A stretch of DNA of 64,000 nucleotides from assembly GCF_001194135.2 (NCBI RefSeq), contig NC_068984.1:114309226-114373225 (forward strand), given 5' to 3'. The position numbers and the translations under genes were made by a program. The stretch is from Octopus bimaculoides. Taxonomy: Eukaryota. This document shows positions 1 to 12,324 of the stretch, piece after piece. How positions within the stretch are numbered: position 1 is the stretch's first letter; each line of letters begins with the position of its first letter. The notes below the pieces were generated by a model. That model saw only the letters and a program-made list of their open reading frames with translations, made no database searches and was not told the origin of the DNA.

Positions 1-2520
1 CACTGCACATCTCTCAGAGCATCTGGTAATCTCTCCTGAGTCACATTTTTTCTCCCTCTTTTTTTTTTCTTCTATGGCTATTTAAGATAAATATCAACCA
101 CATCAATCTAAAAGGACCTATAATTACATGGATACAAGCCCTTCCTTCTTTGACTAACTTGTAGATTTCTAAGAATGCTTTGCACAAGACAATTGGCAAC
201 TTTTCTTTCTATCTTGTATTTATAAATGGACAAATTGTACATTAACATTACTACCAAAAAATTATCTTGTTCTTTCTGGCATCGTTTTCAACTAGATTTT
301 CTCACAAACCACTTTTACAAAAGCAATTGACATTGTAAACAATTTCTGTATAAATATTTAATTAATAGACAAAAAAAAAAAGAAAAGAAACGAGGGAATC
401 GTTTCAGTTAGTGAAAAGTTTTCCCCAAGAGATATAACTGACATCTCAGAAATAAATATAAATTAAATGTATTTAAAATTTGGCCAAATGAAACCCGTAA
501 AATAATAAGAAGACAAGCCCTCTGTCAACCACGTTCAAAACCGGGTTTTGACTGAAACCATTTCACTTAACATTCGCCGCAAATGACCTTGGGATAGGCA
601 TGAACATCACAACATCTCACTTTGCCGTCCATGTAAATCTGAGACGTGTGTGTAGCAGAAAGAAACCAATATTTAGCTGTTTTACTTTGTTTACCGATTT
701 ATTCGCGTCAAAATCTTACTCGGGCGCTTCGCTCCTGCTATCACATATACACGCACGCACACATTCACCTTACAAGATCAACGTGTAATCACAATACAAT
801 TCCTTCAAATATTTTTGCAACGAATTTGCTTGTGAAGAAATGTTATCCGATTAAATGTATATATCAAGATGAAAAGAAGAAACAGAAAATTATAATTTTG
901 AAAAAAAAACCCCAGATACTAAGTTGCGTTTATCTTTTCGAGTCAATGATCTATGTAGTTTAGTATATATATGAACGATGCTAACGCAACTTCAGCAGGC
1001 ACAACACATAACTTCTGTAATGCAACGGAAGGTTACTCAAATTGAATTGCTGTTTATAATTAATATTTTTACAGTAGCAGAAGAGACAATAATATATCAG
1101 GAAGTAAACAACTAGACTGAATATAAAATATTATAAAGCTTATTTATTTACACGAATAAAAGTTATCGGAAACCGTCAAGTTTCGTTTGTTTTTTCAGTC
1201 GAAACAGACAAGTGGTTGCATCTAAGGGAGGACAAGCGTGATTTTACAGCTCCAGACTTAACTTCCAAAACCAAAGTGAGCCTTAATAAAGTGGAAAATA
1301 CTTGTAAACAGATAACTATGTAAAGGAAGATGAAAAGGAATAAATATGTAATTCTTAGAACGGCAGTTTAGAAACCACTCAAATTATAAAATATCAATGA
1401 TTTGTCTGTTTACCGGGTTTCATTTTATACAATTAGGCTGATCTATGTTACAACATATCAAGAATATGATTTTCGTCAGTCATTTCAATAAACGAATTCT
1501 TGTTTTCATGAATTTAGAATAAGATTCAGTATTATTTTTGTTAATATACATAAATGTACAGATCCATATTTTGCCATATTTTACTAAGAACAAATCTTGT
1601 TATTTAGTTTTTTTTACTTCTCAAAATCGCATCTTCTATTGCAACATTAATATCACAATATTTATTAATAACGCATTGTCAAGTTTAAAGACTACATTCA
1701 ACATTCAAAAATACTTCAGTATAAGCATTTAATCATTCCCAATTTGAATATTACATTAGATATGTAATTCCATGTCATATCTGTGCTTACATATGAAAAT
1801 GCTAAGAAAATCCATTGGAAAACATTAATAAATAAGATATACTTTTGGAAGTAGCATTAACTAAAATAACTTGAGTCGGGTTGGTTTCTCTCACAGATTT
1901 CTCTTATCAATTTCAACTCAATATCACAACAAATAACATAACGATGTTCTTCTTTATTATATTAATGACCAGGTTTTTTGGAGCTGTAGAAGTAGGAAGA
2001 AAGGCCAAAACTATTTTATTTCGTTGTCGATCAAGTAAACATGATGCAAAAAATGAAATAACATTTATTGTGAAAAATCCAAGAGATAAATACATTTAAT
2101 CATCAACTGTCATTCCTAAAACTTTATTCTTTAAGATCTCATAAATACAGTAAAAAAAAAATGACAAAATTGAGAAACATGATATAACTTACCTTTTAAT
2201 AAACAGGAAAACGAAAGTGTATTTAGATATCAAAAAATAAAACGGATAGAGACGTAAAAATAAAAAGGAAAAAGGGGGTTGAGCAGAAAAATTGACAGAA
2301 CTTTTGAGAAAGAAGTTCAGAAAAGTGTCCTTTCTCTATTTGGAAAGAATTTTAAAAGGGAAACAAAATATTCTTTCTAAAACTGCAAAAAAATGATAAA
2401 GAAAATTTAAACAACTTACCAAGACTATTTTGCTTTCTATATAACCTTTATTTTTATTTTTTTAAAGCCCTGACCAAAACAAATTTTTGAAAAAAAAAAA
2501 ATTGCCAATTGTACTTACTT

Positions 2521-2900
2521 GTAAAGGAGAGAGCCCGTGCTGCTGGCGCCTCAAACACTGAGATCTACTGATTCTGTTGCACCGTTAGACTAATGGAATT
2601 GTTTTATGAACACTATGACGTCACAGATAACCCGGATAAGGAAGAATTTGTTTATTTATTTATTTTTTCCTTTATTTTTGTTATTCATTTATTTATTTAT
2701 TATTTGTAAAGAGGACAGTTCCATACTTCCGGGAATGGCTAAATGGTTCCAAAAAATAAAATAAATTATAAAGAAATTGAAGAAAATCGAATAAATTAAT
2801 GAAGAAATTAAGTTCGATTACATGATAATTTGGATCCACAGAGTTGTTCTGTGTTTTATTTTTTCTTGTTGATTTTAGTTTCCGGTGCTCAGCCAAATTA
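2521..2900 (-). promoter_or_regulatory. Promoter and first non-coding exon of an unidentified gene running off the left edge
   Basis: Perfect CRE TGACGTCA at 2616-2623 and ETS motif ACTTCCGG at 2725-2732. Minus-strand GTAAGT donors lie near 2520, 2420 and 2192. Confidence 0.5.
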
Positions 2901-2944
2901 GAAATTGTACAACAGAAACACTCGGCTCTGTTTTCTGTAGCAGA

Positions 2945-3575
2945 CGCTTATTTCAAGAGTTTATTTCTTATCTTTTATTTGTTTCAAACACGGGGACTGC
3001 AGTCATGCTAGAGCATCATCCAGAAGGGTTTGGTCGAACAAATTGACCCCAGTACTTATTTTGACTTAGAGTCTGGTCTGGTGGGGGTACTTATTCTATC
3101 GTTCTCTTTTTGCCGAACCGCTAGAAGGGGACGTAAACAACCCAGCACCGGTTGTCAAGCGGTGCTGGGCGACAAAAACACACACACACATATATATGTA
3201 GGTTCGGTAGGGCAAAGAGGAAAATAGATCTCAAAACATGAGTCTAAAAGTATTTTATCAATAATCGACAGAAGTTATAGAGTAACTCAAGGGTCGAGAG
3301 ATTCGTGTTTTGGCACGCCCTTGAGTCACTCTGTAACTTCTGTCGATTATTAATAAAAGATATGTGATGTACATACACACATACATGCATATATATATGT
3401 GTGTGTGTGTGTGTATGAGGCACTTTTTTTAGTTTCTGTCTATCAAGTCCGTTCAAAAGGCTTTGGTTGGCCGGAACGATGGTAGAAGACACTCGTCCAA
3501 GGTGCCACGCAGTGGGAATGAACACGAAACTATGTGGTTGGGAAGTAAGCGCCTTACCACACAGTCACACCAATG
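2945..3575 (-). mobile_element. tRNA-derived SINE (CORE-like CCTTGGGCAAGTG segment, internal microsatellite, Nin-like 3' part)
   Basis: Further copies at about 13310-13700, 14015-14290, 20575-20965, 22300-22500, 26540-26725 and 62510-62700, with a head-only piece at 8895-8952. Confidence 0.8.
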
Positions 3576-4035
3576 CTAAAATATAAATTCTAACCGAAAA
3601 AGATTTATAGAGTATATTGATAAAAAAAAAAACCAGTTAATTATCGTCCAGTTACAATTATTCACTCGTATTTTATTAGATTAATTTTACTTAACAGTGT
3701 AGCTAAGGAAACCATAACAACAATCTTCGCAACTAGAGACGGCAACTCTTTGAAATATCAATTGAATTCTCCCAATGATTTTTTTTTTACTTGTAGTTAA
3801 AAATGCACAACATTTTCTTGATTTTACTCTGGCTTGAATGATTTCAGAAGTATTGAAATTAAAAATAAAAGATCAATTTTTGTTGCTTGAGTAGAGTGTG
3901 AATGAACCGTAACATTCTGTTCATTAAAGAAAAATAACAGCCTGCTACGAGTTGACGTTATTTTGTCAAGACAAGGAGATACAAACAGATATATATACAT
4001 ACATGCACAAACCCACTCACATATATGTGTGTGTG

Positions 4036-6150
4036 TACAGGAATCCCTTGCTTACGGAAATAATGCGTTCCTAGAACAAGGAAACAACAGAGAACAAGTT
4101 ACACGATCACCTTTAATCGGGAAAATAACTATTTCTTAACGTTTGTTTTTTAACATGCACTGTACACTATAAATGCATAAAAACACAAAAACATTTTTCG
4201 AATGTTTTTTGTGTTTTTATGTATTTATAAATAAGTGAGGAAATTGTTAAGAATCGTAATATCGTGAAAGTAATTCTTACTACAAAGACGTTGACTACAG
4301 TGTGAAGGGTTGTAGTGAAATGATCTTGGGGGATGAGGGACAATATTTACTATTATATCAGCTTGAAGGGTGAAGAACTTATCCATGTTTATGACGCATT
4401 ACCTCTTTTACAACTCAATATAAACTGAGCTGATTGTAAACTCCTTTTGTAATTTTTATATTACATTCACCATTAGGATCATTATCAGCAAAAACCTACA
4501 GACCTTTCTCTATCAGTGCCAACCATTTAGCAATAATTTTTATAGTCAATTTCAGCAGTGTAGGTGAAACTTCTCTTGTCTCCTCTATTCTCTGCTTTTT
4601 TTTATTATTAGTATTTTCCTAACAGCATCAACTCCTTGTTAGATAAACTTTCTCTCTGGGACCCTAGCAACTCAATCATATCATCCTCTATGACGTCTTC
4701 AAATCTTACATCTTTTGCAAACATCATATCTTTCTAAATTTGATGTAAGTTTTCTGCTTGAGGAAAACTTGTCATGGATAGTTTGACCATATACTTTCCA
4801 AAGCACTATTCAAAGTTAAGGGTTTCACTTCATCCCATGACTCAGCTATGTTATCCACAGCAACCATTATGTTGAATTTCTTCTAGAAATCTCTAACTAT
4901 AGGTTTATCCTCCCTGTCAGTTGCTTTCATAAACTGTTTGAAAGTTCTCATATATTATACCTTGCACACCATCATACCTTGATCCATTGGATGGAGTAAA
5001 GAAATTGTATTCTTGAGGATAAATTCTATTCTCACCTTATCAAAAAGTTTATCTAAATTCAATGGATAACTTGGTGCATTGTCTAAAAAAAAACAATGCT
5101 TTATTGGAGATATTTTATCTCACACAGTACAGCTGAACAATAAACATTTGTAAACCACTCTTTGAAAAGGCTCTTAGTCATTAATGCCTTCTTATTTGAA
5201 CACCAAATCAGAGGTAGATTGATCTTTGTTTAACCCTTGATAGCCCTTAGATTTTGGGAGTGATATACGTGTAACGGCTTTAATTTTATATCACCAGTGA
5301 TATTTCTTTCCAAAAGAAGTGTCCAAAAATTTTTGGAAGCTTTAGATTTTACTTCTCAAGAATAAAAGTTTTAGCATGCAAGCAGCTCTAGAAATGTGCA
5401 ATCTTATCAACATTGTATACATGCTCTGGTGTATAACCCACTTCAGCAATCATTTTCTTCAACTGCCCAGGATAATTAGTTGCAGCCTCTGTATTAGAGC
5501 TCACAGTTTCACCAATCACTTTTATGTTGTGCAAATTCAGTCACTTCTTAAAACTTTCAAACCAGACTTTACTAGCCAAAAAGGGATTTTCATTACAAGT
5601 TTCTTGGCTCTTTTTTTGAATTACCATTGTATTTATCAGCATATTATACTAATTCTGATCCTTGATCCATACACTCAAGAGTCATTCTATTTTAAGCAGT
5701 ACATTAGATCTATGGAAAAATAAGATCTAGACAGTTAACAGAATAGCTTCTTGAGCACTTGAGATAATTTTCTCTCAGTTGTCATATATTGTTCCCACTG
5801 TAGATGTTGCAAGATCTAATATTTTGGCAAACACAGTTATCCTTTTGCATCAAGTCTTTTTAACACATTAAGTTTATTATTTATTGTAATCCCTTTACAG
5901 TTCGTTTTCACACGACTGCCTTCAGGTCTACTTGATAGTTTCTCTCCAGACATCTTAAATTGAAGGCAAATTCAACAGCAGCAGTGATTAATTATCCACA
6001 ACAAATATATAATAAAAAAATTGGTCAAGGGAAGATATTTTGTGAGAGTGAAAAATTGTTTTATTCTTATTGATGCAATAATGACAATGGGATGAAAAGA
6101 AGGACTGAGGAAGAGAAAGTACTATATGATTACAGTTAGCTGAAGGGTCA
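4036..6150 (-). mobile_element. Decayed pogo/Tigger DNA transposon
   Basis: Minus-strand translation near 5090-4950 reads LDNAPSYPLNLDKLFDKVRIEFILKNTISLLHPMDQG (pogo DDE region). An HTH-psq-like start (MSGEKLSS...KGITINNKLNVLKRL) lies near 5950. Multiple stops; ends approximate. Confidence 0.65.
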
Positions 6151-6422
6151 CTAGACTTTATAGGCACTTCACCCCTTGCATTTCTGACTTAAGAAAGAAA
6201 TACACACACATACACAGACACGGGCACACACAAACACACACACACACGCACACACACAAACACACACACACACACACACACACACTCATCCACATACATG
6301 TGTTGGCGTACGTGCTGATATCTGTTGTAACCAGTTGGATTCAAAAGTTGGTGGGTTGATAGTGGTGATGATGTGAGTTGTATTGGTTCAGATATATTGG
6401 TTTAGATGGGTGATAAAAATCT

Positions 6423-6546
6423 CTGAAGAGGCCTAGAGAATCATACATGTACCTCTATTTCACACATTTCATCTATCAATTGCTTCAACCCGCTGGAGTT
6501 ATATAGATAGAATGAGGCATGTCACCTTTAGGCTGAAACAGCTGTA
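6423..6546 (+). ncRNA. Type I minimal hammerhead ribozyme motif (Penelope-type)
   Basis: CTGAAGA, 9-bp helix II (GGCCTAGAG/CTTTAGGCT), GAAA, palindromic helix III ACAGCTGT, GUA site. Helix I has only 2 bp. Confidence 0.6.
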
Positions 6547-6829
6547 AGTCATTGTCCCATCTTTGGTCAGTAGATGTCATTTTTAATTACTGATATGACA
6601 TAATATGTCACATGTGTTTGTATATTGTTAATATTGTCCTCTAAGTTAAAAAATAAACAGGTAAATTGACACAATACAATGTCTGCAAGTTGATGAATAC
6701 CACATATTCCCCTCCATTTTCTTCTTGCTATATAAATTAAGGGTAACATATCCTTTTACCCACACACATTTATTGCACTTGGTAATACGCAGGAAAAACA
6801 CTAGTGTAATAATAATTGGGTACCCTCCC

Positions 6830-8893
6830 AGCAGTATATTGGATAGATATTATCCCTTAGTGGGTTGGATTCACAACCCCTAGCTTTCTTGGATATATAT
6901 ATATATATACACACACACACAGATATATATATATGATGTGTCGATATCTGCTGCCTCCAAGAAGTAAGGTGGAGGGGAGGTTCCTCACAGGCAAAGAACA
7001 CAGGTACAAGATTTTCTGGGCAGGGAACACACACGGACTCGGGGGCGTGGGTATACTTCTTGCGGGGAATTGGGTGGATAAGGTAATCGAGGTGGTCAGA
7101 GTATGCAATAAAATACTTAAGATTAAATTTGTGCTTCATCATGGGTTAGCAACTATTATCTCAGCCTATGCCCCTCAGCCGGGGCTGCCCAATGAAGAGA
7201 AAGACCGATTTTATAACACCCTCTTACAGACTACCTCGTTGACGAATGACAAGGACCTTCTCTTTGTGGCTGGTGATTTCAATGGGCATGTTGGACAACA
7301 TGCAGTGGGTTTCCATGGCGCAATGGACATGTTGGACAACATGCAGAGGGCTTTCATGGCATACATGGAGGCTATGGCTTTGGTTTCCGCAATGAGGAGG
7401 AAACCAGACTACTGGAGTTCTGCGATGCAAATGATCTTATGGTTTGCAATACCAACTTCAGGAAACCCACCTGATACCTAGTCACCTACCATTGTGACAG
7501 ACACACTAGCTAAATTGACTACATCCTCACCAGAAAAAGGGAAAGAGGGCTTCTTATAAATGCCAAAACCTTCCCAGGCAAAGAATGTACCCCTCAACAT
7601 AGATTAGTAGTTAGCGACTTCGGGATCAGGGCTAAATGGATGCCCAGAAGAAGACCAGCTTGGAGGAGAAGGGTCTGGAAGCTTAAAGATCCTGCAAATG
7701 GACAGAGATTTAGAAATGTATTACTCGAAGCCTTTGACGAAATAGAAGTGGATATAGCATCACATGATGTGGAAGACACCTGGAGGTTTCTATGGGACAA
7801 CCTGCTGAGAGCCACTGACCAGATCTGTGGATAGTGCAAAAGTCCCCTCTCAACACAAGGTAACGTGGTGTTGGAACAATGTTGTTGACAGGGCTATTAG
7901 ACAAAAGAAACAGGCTTGGAAGGACTGGAAGAACGGTGGTAGCAGGGAATTGTATCAGACTGCCAGAAGGGAAGCTAGGAGACAGGTTTATTTAGCCAGA
8001 GGGGAAGCAGATAAGAAAGAATTTGCCAATGTTCTGCGCTGCAAGGACCAAAGACTTGAAGTGTTTCGTGTTGTAAGACAGTGTGTGAGAGAGAATTGTG
8101 ATGTCATAGGAGAGAAATGTGTCCGCATGGATGATGGTTCACTTGCACTAAACAAGGCTGCAAAGAGAGAGGTTTGGTGATGACACGATGAAAGGTTGTT
8201 CAATAAAGAGAATGAACGAGAGAAAGAGAGTCTGCTGAATGTCAACCCAACAGAGGGACCAGCTATCCAAATTGACAGTACCTTGGTAGATAAAGCAATC
8301 AAGAATATGAAGACTAGGAAAGCCCCCGTCCCATCAGGAATCACTGCGGAGATGCTCAAAATATCTGTGAGTGTAAGTACCTTGAGAGAAAAGTTGGACC
8401 TGAGAAGCATCAGTTGTGGTGTGCAAGAGAGACGATTGCAATGGTATGGTCATGTAGCAAGAATGGATGAGGATAACTGTGTGAAAAAGTTCCACACCCT
8501 AGCAGTGGAGGGAACCTGTGGAAGAGGTAGACCCAGGAAGACCTGGGATGAGGTGGTGAAGTACGACCATCGAACATTAGGCATCACCGAGGCAATGACT
8601 ATGACCAAGACCTTTGGAAATATGCTGTGCTTGAGAAGACCTGGCAAGCCAAATGAGACCATAACCCGTGGCCTTTGCCAGGGGTGTAGCCAGCCTATTC
8701 TTGCATACCTTTCCTTCATTTGACACTAAACTCTGCTTGTGAAGATCTGTTGCGGCAAGTGAAATCAAAATCGAACCAAATTCGACGACTGGCACCTATG
8801 TCAACCTTTCCTTCATTGGACACTAAACTCTGCTTGTGAAGACCTGTTGGGGCGAGTGAAATCGAAATCGAAATTGAACCAAATTCAATGACT
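6830..8893 (+). mobile_element. RTE-clade LINE, degenerate, with the RT core deleted
   Basis: AP-endonuclease motifs (CLQEVRW, GGVGILL, ISAYAPQ, AGDFNGHVG, IDYIL) are present. The sequence jumps from ITAEMLKIS directly to the C-terminus (RRLQWYGHVARM...RGRPRKTW) at about 8368. It has frameshifts, a (TA)n insertion, and a duplicated 3'UTR unit at 8700-8893. Confidence 0.9.
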
Positions 8894-9600
8894 GGCACCC
8901 GGAACCATGTGGTTGGTAAGCAAGCTACTTACCACACAGCCACTCCTGCGACTATTTCCATAACATTATCATTATGCTGGTGTTTGTAACATAAATTAAC
9001 ATTTGATTTTGAGGGTAGGGTAGATTTTAATTTAAATCACTGCAGTCTCAGATGGGTTGGTATCAAAAGGGTTAGAGAGACTAGAATATTGTAAAAGCAA
9101 ACTTGACATGTAAGTGAGTCAGTGGTTGAAAGGTATTACAGTTAAGTGTCATTTATACATAGTTTGATGATGGAAACAGATTGTCTTATAAATTTTGACA
9201 ATGATCATTCAGTTGTTCAATCACTCGAGAATTAGAGTTGTTAAATTAACATATATAAGTGGCTGTGTATTCCATAGAACCATGTCTTCTTAATGTACTT
9301 CTGAAACTGAATCAATGACTCAATATGTGACAAAGCCCTTTGAATCACAGGTACACTCCATCAGGTGAGCTTTCATAGCTTCTATCAACCTAATTTCATT
9401 CACAAGGTACAGGTCACCTGGAGGTATAATAAAGTTGTCACATATTTTGGAACACACTCAGGATTTCATGATTATAAAGTGAACTTCTTAAATCACTTAG
9501 TCATGCATGGCTTAACCTTTTAGTATTCAGATTATTCTGCCAAATATAATGCTTACTTATTCACATTGTTTTGAATTAATCATAGCGTTGAGATTTTGAA

Positions 9601-10084
9601 CATCATCATCATCATCATCGTTTAACGTCTGCTTTCCATGCTAGCATGGGTTGGACGATTTGACTGAGGACTGGTGAAGCCAGATGGCTACACCAGGCTC
9701 CAATCTGATTTGGCAGAGTTTCTACAGCTGGATGCCCTTCCTAACACCAACCACTCAGAGAGTGTAGTGGGTGCTTTTACGTGTCACCCGCACGAAGGCC
9801 AGTCAGGCGGTACTGGCAACGGCCACACTCAAAATGGTGTATTTTATGTGCCACCTGCACAAGAGCCAGTCCAGGAGCACTAGCAACGATCTCGCTCGAA
9901 AATCCTACGAAGGCCAGTCAGGCGGTACTGGCAACAGCCACGCTCAAAATGGTGTATTTTATGTGCCACCTGCACAAGAGCCAGTCCAGGGGCACTGGCA
10001 ACGATCTCGCTTGAAAATCCTTACACATGTCACAGGCACAGGTGCTATCCTGATTTCGCTTTCGCTTGCCCCAATAAGTCTTCA
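9601..10084 (-). mobile_element. 5'-truncated RTE LINE 3'UTR copy with (GAT)n tail
   Basis: Contains the GGTTGG..AGGAAGGGCATCCAGC RTE-type terminal motif. Its 5' end overlaps the 3'UTR of the LINE at 8830 (TGAAGAC..TTGGGGCAAG). Confidence 0.85.
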
Positions 10085-10457
10085 TTCAGATTACTCTGTG
10101 AAATATAATGCTTGTTTATTCATATTGTTTTGAATTAAACATCCATTACCTTGTAGCTTTGAGATTTCAGCAATGTGATTATTTATTTTAGAATGACATT
10201 GTAGGGTAGATGTGAGAGACCAGATCTGGCCATTTTTAACGTAGAACAGGTAGAATATTTGGGCCTGATATGGCCAGATTAAATATTTGAGCCAGATACG
10301 ACCAATTTAAATGATAATGGATTAATGAGTGAAAAATACCATGGGAAATTAAATAGCTTTATTACAGAATTTACATAAATACATAAGTAGTTTTAGTGAG
10401 ATATACATGTACACACACACACACACACACGCACACAATGTTCTATTTATGTTAGAA

Positions 10458-10824
10458 CTACGCCATCTGCGTTGTAGATGTGTGACAAGGATGAATCAGC
10501 TTCTCTACACTTCCTTGTGTACTGGTTGTTGTAGAATGATCTGAACTGCTTCGCTGACTTGAGTGCCGGCTTTCCAATAATGCTGTTTGGTCACTGCTCT
10601 TTGTACGAGGTGTCTTCTTCTTCTCTTGAACACTAGGCAAAGTATTCGAACGCATTCGACAATACTCTTGGGAGAAATCTGACTCAATTTCTTTGTTGCT
10701 TCGGGAACGTGGCTGGATCATCGACTTCGTACCACCAAGACGTCCTTTTTTCATTCCTTGAAATATTACCTGCACATTTCGCTTTGGTACAGTTTGTTCG
10801 GTGGCAGCTGAGACACGGCGAATG
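10458..10824 (-). CDS. C1orf43: Probable last coding exon of C1orf43 (HIRRVSAATEQ...STTQMA*)
   Basis: ccatttcag acceptor in phase 2, matching the donor at 28335. It gives 121 further codons and a TAG at 10460-10458, is GC/CpG-richer than its flanks, and does not resemble a repeat. Linking it across the 17.5-kb intron rests on phase and strand only. Confidence 0.7.
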
Positions 10825-11885
10825 CTGAAATGGATAACATATTTAGACATAAATAAATGTTTGTTGTTTTTTTTGTTTTGTTTTAAAAATCATTTTGACT
10901 TGGTTTCCATTATAGCCATTTTAGTAATAGTTCATTTGTAATAATTAAAAATAGTTTCACTTATCAGTAGAATCTACCCTAACATTTTTAGTTTCAGCAA
11001 TTTTTAGATAATATATATATATATATATATATATANNNNNNNNNNNNNNNNNNNNNNNNNNNNNNNNNNNNNNNNNNNNNNNNNNNNNNNNNNNNNNNNN
11101 NNNNNNNNNNNNNNNNNNNNNNNNNNNNNNNNNNNNNNNNNNNNNNNNNNNNNNNNNNNNNNNNNNNNNNNNNNNNNNNNNNNNNNNNNNNNNNNNNNNN
11201 NNNNNNNNNNNNNNNNNNNNNNNNNNNNNNNNNNNNNNNNNNNNNNNNNNNNNNNNNNNNNNNNNNNNNNNNNNNNNNNNNNNNNNNNNNNNNNNNNNNN
11301 NNNNNNNNNNNNNNNNNNNNNNNNNNNNNNNNNNNNNNNNNNNNNNNNNNNNNNNNNNNNNNNNNNNNNNNNNNNNNNNNNNNNNNNNNNNNNNNNNNNN
11401 NNNNNNNNNNNNNNNNNNNNNNNNNNNNNNNNNNNNNNNNNNNNNNNNNNNNNNNNNNNNNNATATATATATATATATATATACACACACATACACATAG
11501 AAACAGTAATGCCCCAATATATGAGTTAATTTGTTTTCGGGGAACACTCGTAAAGCGAAATCTTGTAAACACAGGGTCTCATAAAGTGAGGTATTGTTGT
11601 ATGTATATATATACATACAAACACATACCCAACTCCCATTTATCTACATATATATATATATATATATATATGACATAATATTTCTTCATATGTAATTTTG
11701 CTATTTAACAATACAGAAACATAGCTTTATATGAAATACTTATTCTCAAGGAACAAAGAAATGTGTCATTTAACCAGTGATCCAGCTGCATTATTCAAAT
11801 TCTATTTTCAGGACTATTATATATATATATTCTTTTAATTTGATTCCCATATTTTCTAGATGAAAAAATTTTGGTGACAAAGCTA

Positions 11886-11991
11886 CAAGGGGTGAATGGA
11901 AAGTTTTGAGCCTTGAAGTCTTGTACTTTCATCATAAGTCTTGTACCATGTTTTACTTTTTTGAGGCTCAAGACTTTTCATACACCCCTCA
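11886..11991. mobile_element. ~106-bp mariner-type MITE
   Basis: Imperfect ~27-bp TIRs, TA flanks. Confidence 0.6.
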
Positions 11992-12281
11992 TATATTGAT
12001 ACAGCTTTCATAAACTTTTCTAACCAGACAATACACTTTAAGGTAAAATAAACATTTCATTTCTTGATAATAACTTCATGGTATATTGTATCACAATACA
12101 AAGTTGTAAAGAAACTAAAAGGAAAATAATCCCAAATATAAACTTAAATTATGGAATGAATATCTATCATATTTTATTGAGTAAGCAATGAAGTTCTTGA
12201 AAGTAGTTTCTATATAGGAAAATATTAGTTTTGTATCAGAAGGAACAAAGATGTAGTTAGCTAGTAGCTGAAACAAATATG

Positions 12282-12324
<43 letters not shown>

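Noticed and set aside
9780-10010. CRISPR-like repeat-spacer appearance of the ~50-nt modules
   Set aside because: Eukaryotic context, no unique spacers and no cas genes; the modules belong to the RTE 3'UTR.
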